A stretch of 32,000 bases of DNA. Origin: Candidatus Hermodarchaeota archaeon. Its GTDB lineage: Archaea; Asgardarchaeota; Heimdallarchaeia; Hodarchaeales; Hodarchaeaceae. Position 1 is the stretch's first letter. Each line of letters opens with the position of its first letter. The position numbers were made by a program, and so were the translations under genes. Shown in pieces: positions 25,620 to 32,000 of the stretch. The stretch spans positions 1-32,000 of the forward strand of contig JBHLKY010000014.1 of assembly GCA_048886185.1 (NCBI GenBank), given 5' to 3'. The notes beneath the pieces were generated by a model, which was not told where the DNA came from, ran no database searches, and was given only the letters and a program-made list of their open reading frames with translations.

Positions 25620-26525
25620 TCATTGGCGAATCTTCACAAGAAGATAATCCACGATGTTTTTAGCAACATTACAATCTGGATGCGCCTGCTCGAATGCTTT
25701 CCATCCGGGGCATGCATTTACCTCAAGTAGAAATAATCCTCTATTTGTAGGAAATAGATCGATTCCCGCTACTTCGATATCAATTCGCTCAACAATGCGC
25801 ATCACTAGTTCTTCATCTTCTTCACTTAATTTGTGCGGTACACAAGTAGCCCCTTGAGCATAATTTGTTCTCCATTCACCTTTAGGGGCAATTCGTCGCA
25901 TTGCTCCCAGTATTGATCGTCCAACCACGAGAACTCTAATGTCTTCAATGAGATCCTTCCCGTTATAAGACAATCCTCTCAAGTATTCTTGTATCATAAC
26001 TGATGTATCATAACGTAAGAATAAGGCTTCTACAACTTCTCGGGCTACCTGTCTACTAGGAGCGAGTATTGTTCCCACCCCTTGTGTAGCGTCTGGTATT
26101 TTAATCACGACTGGAAATTTAAAGTTAGTCATTAACTCATCAAACAAATAGGAATTATTTACTAATACTGTCTTAGGTACTTGGACACCTGAGACACGGA
26201 GCAATGTCTGGTAACATCGGAATTTATCCCGGGCGATATATAATGCTTGGGAAGAAATCGTTGTGGGAATATTCATTAATTCAAATTGCTGGAGGCATAG
26301 TACTCCTATTTCGGTTTGAGTACGACCTATTCTTGGGATAATCCCGTTAAGGCTTTTTAATGATTGATTCGCAAACAAAACATCTATAGAGTCATTTTTA
26401 AGGAAGGGGGATAAAAAACGAGAAGATAAAAACACACCGTGAACGTTTCTTCGTTGTGCGATGTCATTCAATAGCTGAGTCGTGGGGAAAAACTCACGAT
26501 TCTTGCTTAAAACACCCAAATTCAT
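25620..26525 (-). CDS. rimK: RimK-family ATP-grasp alpha-L-glutamate ligase
   Basis: IIPRIG, ARDKFRC, VPKTVLV, FPVVIKIPDATQGVG, MIQEYL, DIRVLVVG, EWRTNYAQG, AGIDL, LEVNACPGW. The substrate (protein or cofactor) cannot be determined from sequence. Confidence 0.85.
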   Translation of the reverse strand: MNLGVLSKNREFFPTTQLLNDIAQRRNVHGVFLSSRFLSPFLKNDSIDVLFANQSLKSLNGIIPRIGRTQTEIGVLCLQQFELMNIPTTISSQALYIARDKFRCYQTLLRVSGVQVPKTVLVNNSYLFDELMTNFKFPVVIKIPDATQGVGTILAPSRQVAREVVEALFLRYDTSVMIQEYLRGLSYNGKDLIEDIRVLVVGRSILGAMRRIAPKGEWRTNYAQGATCVPHKLSEEDEELVMRIVERIDIEVAGIDLFPTNRGLFLLEVNACPGWKAFEQAHPDCNVAKNIVDYLLVKIRQ

Positions 26526-26674
26526 TGATATCTCTCGTTTATGATACTAGAAGACACAATATTTTTCTACTCTTCTTTTAACTTAAAAAAAGTTTGCATT
26601 GATCTCAAGAGGTGTAGCGTTAGAAAACACTACGTTAATAATATGGGGACTTTCAGAGAAAATAAAAATAGATA

Positions 26675-26781
26675 TAGCCCCGCTCAGATTCGAACTGAGG
26701 TCAGAGGATTTCACCACGTATTTCACTTCATCGAAAATGCGTTCCAGAGTCCTCTATGATGGACCACTACACTACGGGGCT
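26675..26781 (-). tRNA. tRNA-Gln (anticodon CUG) with a 34-nt intron at position 37/38
   Basis: Reverse complement: AGCCCCG TA GTGTAGTGGTCCATCAT A GAGGA CT-CTG-G [intron] A TCCTC TGAC CTCAG TTCGAAT CTGAG CGGGGCT A. Perfect acceptor, anticodon and T stems; A1-U72 pair typical of archaeal tRNA-Gln; 73 nt mature length; CCA not encoded. Confidence 0.95.
26710..26743 (-). other. tRNA intron with a relaxed bulge-helix-bulge
   Basis: AACGCATTTTCGATGAAGTGAAATACGTGGTGAA. Its ends pair (ACG/CGT, ATTT/AAAT), and GGTG pairs with C32-U35 with one U-U mismatch. Confidence 0.85.
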
Positions 26782-26785
26782 AGTG

Positions 26786-26989
26786 TTAGCGAGTGGGACT
26801 TGAGAAAGTGAGGATGTTATCAATCAATTCAACGTGTGTAATCAACATTCGACGACAACAATAGCGTGTAAGCCCAAATGAATCTAGTAGCTCTTTTGGA
26901 TCTTTCCCCTCCTTTATTCCTTGAACATAATCATCGTATAAGTGGGCAATTACCTTACCACATGTATAACAACGAATGGGAATCATCAT
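26786..26989 (-). CDS. rpoN: DNA-directed RNA polymerase subunit N (Rpo10)
   Basis: MIPIRCYTCGKVI...LGxxRYCCRRML-type signature (FGLTRYCCRRMLITHVELID). Confidence 0.97.
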   Translation of the reverse strand: MMIPIRCYTCGKVIAHLYDDYVQGIKEGKDPKELLDSFGLTRYCCRRMLITHVELIDNILTFSSPTR

Positions 26990-27007
26990 TTGACTTAATC
27001 ACCTAGT

Positions 27008-27667
27008 TTAATATCCTCCATCACTAGCGGGAGTGGGTCTACGCCCTCTTGGGGCGCGGAAATGCTCAACCCGCAATTGGGCATCCCTTTCTGGGGTCAA
27101 TTCACCCTTTTCCTTTAGAAATTCTTTTGTGAGGAGCCAAAAAATCATCGCAAGAGAATTTCGACCCTTATTGTTGCAGGGAATTGCTAAATCAATAAAT
27201 CTAGTTACATTATCGGTGTCTACTAGGGATATGACGGGAATCCCTACTCTTGCTGCTTCTTTCAATGCTTGCCGATCGAAGTGAGGATCAGTAATTAAAA
27301 CAGCAGTTGGTTCAAGGTAATCATAGCGGCCTTTAATATTAGGATTAGTAAAAATCCCAGGGATAAACCGACCTGTAATTGGTGTTGCTCCTGTTACTTT
27401 ACAAAACATTTCAACAGGGAAAATACCATATGCTCGAACACTACAAGCAACAACTTGTTCTGCATTTTGCCGAGCAAGAAATTGGGCGGCAACACGTATC
27501 CGTTCATCAGTTTTATGGACATCTAACACATAGAGGCCATCACTGCGAGTGCGATATATTGCCCATTCCATGCTTTTCATACCAGATGATGTCCCGATGT
27601 GAACACCCGCCTTCAAATAATCTTCAAGGGGTGCAAGCAAATCCCCTTCGATCCCTGGTTGTTCCAT
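27008..27667 (-). CDS. rps2: 30S ribosomal protein S2 (uS2)
   Basis: YLKAGVHIGT, RSDGLYVLDV, TGRFIPGIFTNP, EPTAVLITDP, IPVISLVDTDN, DLAIPCNNKGRNSLAMIFWLLTKE. Confidence 0.97.
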   Translation of the reverse strand: MEQPGIEGDLLAPLEDYLKAGVHIGTSSGMKSMEWAIYRTRSDGLYVLDVHKTDERIRVAAQFLARQNAEQVVACSVRAYGIFPVEMFCKVTGATPITGRFIPGIFTNPNIKGRYDYLEPTAVLITDPHFDRQALKEAARVGIPVISLVDTDNVTRFIDLAIPCNNKGRNSLAMIFWLLTKEFLKEKGELTPERDAQLRVEHFRAPRGRRPTPASDGGY

Positions 27668-27714
27668 GATCGTCTTTTCCTGCTTTAAGAATCAATGAAG
27701 GTTCATAACTCAAA

Positions 27715-27730
27715 GGTTAAGAAGTTTTGG
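27715..27730 (-). promoter_or_regulatory. Candidate BRE/TATA promoter for rps2-rpoN-tRNA
   Basis: Minus strand CCAAAACTTCTTAACC about 50 nt upstream of the rps2 ATG; imperfect TATA. Confidence 0.35.
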
Positions 27731-27747
27731 AGTATTTTTTCAGGTAG

Positions 27748-28527
27748 TTAGACATAATGGAATTCAATAGTCTTCCGTTCAGAATCTGCCCACGAAGCTC
27801 GTTTTGATTCGACCATCAGTTTCATGAGCATATTGATGTCTGAGGGAGGCAAAGATGACCATGATTGCTCCATTTTAACAATATCAAACGCAGTAACCAT
27901 GTCATAACCATTCTGAAACGCATATATGAACAACTCATCAGCATGCGATTTTAATGTCTTCCAATAAACTCGTAAACGTGTTTTTTCATCGTCCCACCAT
28001 TTTGCGCGTTCTATTTCGATAAGATATTCAGAAATTAAAATAAGTTGAGGATGGGTTAACTTTTTCTTCAAAAGTGGATTTTGAAATGGATAGACTAATG
28101 CCACTTCTTGGAGATCGAGAATATGGAAATTTAAAACTCTTGCAAAGTCTAATAGGAATTCTGACCAAGTTATTAACCATTGCTTCTTTAACTGGGGATC
28201 AGCAGGCACCATCCAACGCCATGGTTTTCCTACCCAGGCAGGAAGGATGGATTTTACTCGTGGATCAACAACTCCAGGTTGAAGTTTAGCTTCCAGAGAT
28301 GGTTTCACTGGTTTAGTAACAGGGGTCGTCTGTACTGTTGGTATGGATTGTTCTTGGACATCAGTTGAACTTGGGCGTGATTGGGAAACTTCTGCACCTA
28401 TCTGTTGCAAATTAAGAGGTGTTGTTTTATGTTCCTCTTTTGTAACCTCATCTAGGATAGTTCCGAGAACATCTACTGACTCTGTTTTTTTCCTTTCTTT
28501 CTCTCTTTTACGCTGCATTTCAGCCAT
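27748..28527 (-). CDS. vps25: ESCRT-II Vps25-like protein with a ~95-aa N-terminal extension
   Basis: KKQWLITWSEFLLDF...PFQNPLLKKKL...LIEIERAKWWDDEKTRLRVYWKTLKSHADELF...SSLPPSDINMLMKLMVE parallels the tandem winged helices of eukaryotic Vps25; located in the ESCRT cluster. Confidence 0.85.
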   Translation of the reverse strand: MAEMQRKREKERKKTESVDVLGTILDEVTKEEHKTTPLNLQQIGAEVSQSRPSSTDVQEQSIPTVQTTPVTKPVKPSLEAKLQPGVVDPRVKSILPAWVGKPWRWMVPADPQLKKQWLITWSEFLLDFARVLNFHILDLQEVALVYPFQNPLLKKKLTHPQLILISEYLIEIERAKWWDDEKTRLRVYWKTLKSHADELFIYAFQNGYDMVTAFDIVKMEQSWSSLPPSDINMLMKLMVESKRASWADSERKTIEFHYV

Positions 28528-28568
28528 GAAATCTCAACTTACCAGGTTACATAGCTTACTCCAACTGA

Positions 28569-29714
28569 TTATCCCCCAAATTGATCTTTCCATTCCTCAT
28601 AACGTGCTAGCTCCTGGGGTGACACAGAGGGTTTTATACTCTCCATACCAACAAGAAAATCCTTAAGACCTGGGGCACGAGGTTGAATACTCACATCTTT
28701 CAGGGCTCCTTCAGCATCAAGTTCCCGAATGGGGTACATTAATGCCTCTCGACAGAGAAGAGCAATATCTGCAGCGGTGTATCCAGCTGTATACTTTGCT
28801 AGTTCTTCAAAACTAACATCAGTATCCAAAGTGACTCCACGAGTATGAATCTGAAACATTTTCCTTCGAGCTTTTGGTGTTGGCATTGAGACGTAAACTC
28901 GACGTTCAAATCGACGTCGCATTGCCGCATCAATGTCCCACGGGGTGTTAGTGGCTCCCACTGTTACTAATAGTTCTTCCCCTGTTCCAAATCCCTCAAC
29001 TGCTTGTAATAATTGTGTTTTAACACGTCGCATAGCCTCTCCTTCAGAACTTCCACCTCTTGCGCCTGCTAAAGAATCTATTTCGTCAAAAAATATTATA
29101 GAGGGGGATTCTTCAACAGCACGGTCATAAAGTTCCTTAACTAATTTTTCGGACTCTCCCAACCATTTACTAATCAAATTAGCTGCACTTACTGAAAAAA
29201 AAGTTGAATCAACCTCTGATGCAACAGCTTTACAAAGATAGGTCTTCCCACAGCCTGGAGGACCATACATCAAGATACCTTTCCACGGTTTTCGAGCCCC
29301 TTTGAATAGATCTGGCCGGGACATTGGAAGAATGATGGCTTCACGAAGAGCGCGCTTTGCTCCTTCCATCCCAGCAACATCTTCCCATTTAACATTGGGT
29401 TTTTCCCGAACAATGACACTAGAGATTGCTCCCTCAATCTCATCCTCTTGTTGTGATGCTGCAGCTGAAGAACGAGGTTTAGCTTCGGAAGACTCCACAA
29501 TCCCACGAATCTCTTTTACTCGCAAAACATATTCCATAGCTTTACGATAGTACAAATTTTTCATGTTGGGGTCGTCAGTAAAATTAATTAGTTTCTGCAA
29601 TTGTTCAGCAGCATTTACATAATAACGAACTGCTTGTTGTGATTGTCCACTTTGATCAAGTTTGTAAGCTGTGGCTGCATTCTTCTTGGCAGCATCAAAT
29701 AATGGGGAGCTCAT
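28569..29714 (-). CDS. vps4: Vps4 AAA+ ATPase with N-terminal MIT domain
   Basis: MIT (AATAYKLD...AVRYYVNAAEQL...KAMEYVLRVKEI), GPPGCGKT, SKWLGESEK, FFDEIDS, GATNTPWDIDAAMRRRFERR, C-terminal helix PSVSPQELARYEEWKDQFG. Confidence 0.95.
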   Translation of the reverse strand: MSSPLFDAAKKNAATAYKLDQSGQSQQAVRYYVNAAEQLQKLINFTDDPNMKNLYYRKAMEYVLRVKEIRGIVESSEAKPRSSAAASQQEDEIEGAISSVIVREKPNVKWEDVAGMEGAKRALREAIILPMSRPDLFKGARKPWKGILMYGPPGCGKTYLCKAVASEVDSTFFSVSAANLISKWLGESEKLVKELYDRAVEESPSIIFFDEIDSLAGARGGSSEGEAMRRVKTQLLQAVEGFGTGEELLVTVGATNTPWDIDAAMRRRFERRVYVSMPTPKARRKMFQIHTRGVTLDTDVSFEELAKYTAGYTAADIALLCREALMYPIRELDAEGALKDVSIQPRAPGLKDFLVGMESIKPSVSPQELARYEEWKDQFGG

Positions 29715-29774
29715 GATTTAATCTCCAGAAAGTACTTAATTAAGAAATTAGAGAGAATTAGAAGTAAGTTGTTT

Positions 29775-30389
29775 CTACCCCTTCTTGATTTTCTCCAATT
29801 CTTTTTGAAGCTCTTGGGAGCGAATATCGGGTGTAGGAAGTCCTAAATCGGCCGCAGCTGCTTTAGAAGCGCTTAATTCCCCTATTATCCTGTCTACCAT
29901 TTCATCCTCTTCAATGTCAGAAGTCATCATCTCAAAACCCTCATCCATGGCTTCGGTAGCCATATCGACTCTTTCAGTTTCAATCTCCATTTGTTGAAGG
30001 ACACCTTCAAGTTGAGGAATTTTCAGTTGCCTATTCATGGTATGAAGGGTTTTGACAAGTCCTTTGAGATCCTGACCTATCGCTTGGGTGGCTGCAGCTT
30101 GCTCCAACTTAAATTTAATACCTTTTACACGACTTGCCATTTGTTGGCATCCACGAGCCATGGTTCGATTTTTCGCAACATCTTTAGCTAATAATCGTGC
30201 AGTGGTCATGTCACCAGCTTCTATGGATCTTTCAACTTCTTTAAGCATCTGCTTTTCTTCTTTGAGGAGCTTATTTCGCTGACGATTCATGCGTTTTTCG
30301 ACCATACGAAGCCTGACGATCCACTTACGAGTAGACCTAGAATCGCTCCCTCCGCCTTTTAACCAATTACCAAATTTATCAAAGACCAC
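29775..30389 (-). CDS. ESCRT-III subunit, Vps2/24/46 (CHMP1-3) class
   Basis: GTG start; Snf7-fold helical hairpin, ARLLAKDVAK, MASRVKGIKFKLEQA; C-terminal MIM1-like ELQKELEKIKKG. Confidence 0.9.
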   Translation of the reverse strand: MVFDKFGNWLKGGGSDSRSTRKWIVRLRMVEKRMNRQRNKLLKEEKQMLKEVERSIEAGDMTTARLLAKDVAKNRTMARGCQQMASRVKGIKFKLEQAAATQAIGQDLKGLVKTLHTMNRQLKIPQLEGVLQQMEIETERVDMATEAMDEGFEMMTSDIEEDEMVDRIIGELSASKAAAADLGLPTPDIRSQELQKELEKIKKG

Positions 30390-30391
30390 TT

Positions 30392-31051
30392 TTAGGACCT
30401 CAATCCTTCTTCAATCTGTCGTCTCATTTCATCAAGTTTCTTTTTCTCAGCTTCACGTTTATCAGGAGTTTCCGAGACAGGTGTGACAGGGGTTCGTGTT
30501 TCAGCAGTTGTTCCTGGTAAGGAACTAGTGGTTAATTCTGCTTCTAACTCAGCCATTTGTTTAGCGATACGATCATCTGCTTCAACATCCATCCCGATTT
30601 CAGTAATTGAAGTATCCGTTAATGCTTCCTCCATTCCCGAAACCATCTCTATAGAGTCCTCCAACGCCATCATTACCTCCTCGGTTTTTTCGGGAGATGC
30701 AGCCTCAATATTAGAATCAATAGCTAGTTGAGCAGAAGCTAAGGTTTCAGTTAAAGTAACATTATCAGCAGATACATCCAGGGTATCAATCGTTCGTTGT
30801 AGGTTAGCAATTTTATTGTGAGTATTGGAAACCTGAGTTAAATAGAGTTCCCGTCGTTTTAATGCCTGCTGTGCGCCCATCTTATTTCCTGATTTCATCA
30901 ACGTTCGAGCAAGCTCATATTGTTCATCAGCTTGGCGTTGATAATTTCGGATCTTAACTTCCATTTGGTTGATGGTACGTTTGAGCTTGGCTTTGGTTTC
31001 AGTGGAGCTAGAGGGTTTGCTGCCAGTTAAAAAACCTCTTAATCGTTTCAA
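30392..31051 (-). CDS. ESCRT-III subunit, Vps20/32/60 (Snf7/CHMP4-6) class
   Basis: TTG start; GNKMGAQQALKRRELY, IDTLD...NVTLTETL, PEKTEEVM, MAELEAEL; Pro/Thr-rich MIM2-like SLPGT...TPVTP. Confidence 0.9.
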   Translation of the reverse strand: MKRLRGFLTGSKPSSSTETKAKLKRTINQMEVKIRNYQRQADEQYELARTLMKSGNKMGAQQALKRRELYLTQVSNTHNKIANLQRTIDTLDVSADNVTLTETLASAQLAIDSNIEAASPEKTEEVMMALEDSIEMVSGMEEALTDTSITEIGMDVEADDRIAKQMAELEAELTTSSLPGTTAETRTPVTPVSETPDKREAEKKKLDEMRRQIEEGLRS

Positions 31052-31103
31052 CGGTTAAATCATCTCATTAAATTTATTGATGTATAATTATCAAACTTAT
31101 CAG

Positions 31104-31116
31104 TTATAAAGTCTTC
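31104..31116 (-). promoter_or_regulatory. Candidate BRE/TATA promoter for the ESCRT-III/Vps4/Vps25 block
   Basis: Minus strand GAAGAC-TTTATAA about 53 nt upstream of the TTG start at 31051. Confidence 0.45.
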
Positions 31117-31265
31117 AGATGTACCTTAAGTTAGAAATACTTAAATCTTTCCCATAAGTACCCCTTGACGGCTTCTGATGGTTTAAAAATGATGATATAC
31201 GTGTTTTAATTGTAAGTTCTGAAAGAATATAGTCTAAATAAACTATTCTTCTTTCAAGGAAGGTA

Positions 31266-31979
31266 TTAAACCCCTGGAAAAGAAATAACAATTCCATCCA
31301 GAGTCTCACTTCTAATAGCGATTTTTTGTTGAATTAATTGCATAATTGCTTGATTAACACGTTCCATTGTCCATGATGTCTCACGAACCAATTCAGTTAA
31401 ACTCATCTGGCCGTGAAAGCGAGCTGCCAATTCTAAGATGACTTGATGATCTTGGGTTAAGTTAGGATCAATGAAAACCACTATATTCATCCCTCCGATT
31501 TGCCTGATATCATGAATCATCCTATTCTTCTTAAGTAAATTGAGGGCTGTAGTGATATCATTGATTGAGGTTGTAATGCCTTGACTTTCATCTCCTAGCT
31601 TTAATGCTAATTCAGAGACACTAAGGAGCCCCCCCGTCTCATTTCGGATTTCCTTACCAATTTCAAGTATACGTAGAGCCAGAAAATTGTGATAATCATT
31701 CTTTCCTTTTCTCTTCGGTGTTCCGACATCATAAACTCCGATTGCACGAGGAAGGCCTAATTCCTCCCGTACAGCCATTAATCGCTGAGCAAGTGCTGGA
31801 TTTTTCTTGAGATCATCCTCATATCTTTTCTCCAGCTTATGTAAATCAGAATGCAGCTCTTTAACCTTAGCTGCCATTGTATCTAATGATTTTAAGGCAT
31901 ATTGAGCCCCCTTACGCCTCATCTCAGCTTCTTTGGTTAGTTTCTCTTCAATTTTCCTGATTCCCATGATATTGGCCAT
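31266..31979 (-). CDS. ESCRT-II Vps22/36-like (EAP30 domain) protein
   Basis: MGIRKIEE, LKSLDTMAAKVKEL, NPALAQRLMAVREELG, DYHNFLALRILEI...TGGLLSVSEL, then a second wHTH (WTMERVNQAIMQL); no GLUE domain. Confidence 0.9.
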   Translation of the reverse strand: MANIMGIRKIEEKLTKEAEMRRKGAQYALKSLDTMAAKVKELHSDLHKLEKRYEDDLKKNPALAQRLMAVREELGLPRAIGVYDVGTPKRKGKNDYHNFLALRILEIGKEIRNETGGLLSVSELALKLGDESQGITTSINDITTALNLLKKNRMIHDIRQIGGMNIVVFIDPNLTQDHQVILELAARFHGQMSLTELVRETSWTMERVNQAIMQLIQQKIAIRSETLDGIVISFPGV

Positions 31980-32000
31980 CCTATGATGCTTTCATATTGT

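Noticed and set aside
26541-26811. Plus-strand ORFs 26541..26759 and 26599..26811
   Set aside because: They lie antisense to the tRNA-Gln gene and have no recognisable motifs.
614-30731. Many 60-160 aa ORFs antisense to or nested in long genes (e.g. 19477..19959, 11164..11532, 14121..14405, 28343..28666)
   Set aside because: Shadow ORFs of well-supported genes, with Ser/Ile/Phe-rich mirror composition and no domain signatures.
31115-31309. 64-aa minus-strand ORF between Vps22/36 and ESCRT-III, considered as a small ESCRT cofactor
   Set aside because: It overlaps the Vps22/36 3' end out of frame, runs into the candidate promoter and has no helical or MIM pattern.
1-32000. CRISPR arrays, IS elements, integrases and rRNA
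   Set aside because: No regularly spaced direct repeats, transposase or integrase motifs, or rRNA-like sequence were seen.

Overview
Gene-dense archaeal window, almost certainly from an Asgard archaeon (Heimdallarchaeia-like by gene content; inference). The right end (26.7-32 kb, all minus strand) holds a eukaryote-like ESCRT cluster (Vps22/36, Vps20/32/60-type ESCRT-III, Vps2/24/46-type ESCRT-III, Vps4, Vps25), then rps2, rpoN, an intron-containing tRNA-Gln(CUG) missed by the ORF track, a RimK-family ligase and a divergent RadA paralog. The left and middle are accessory: beta-helix surface proteins (one with a TM plus cytoplasmic winged helix), an MNT-HEPN toxin-antitoxin-like pair followed by a metallo-beta-lactamase remnant, a VOC protein with a very basic tail, a DUF3604 metalloenzyme, two GNATs, amino-acid catabolic enzymes, a PAC2 protein with an HbYX tail, two TPR proteins and a WD40-serine hydrolase surface protein. 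The most striking unexplained pattern is two Arf-like small GTPases sharing an atypical G3 motif (ExxG instead of DxxG), each tied to a winged-helix module: one by fusion (its P-loop lies upstream of the ORF-track start, requiring a non-canonical start), the other by gene overlap with a TrmB-like regulator, next to a TPR protein with a longin/uDENN-like C-terminal domain. All calls come from reading motifs by eye; no searches were run.
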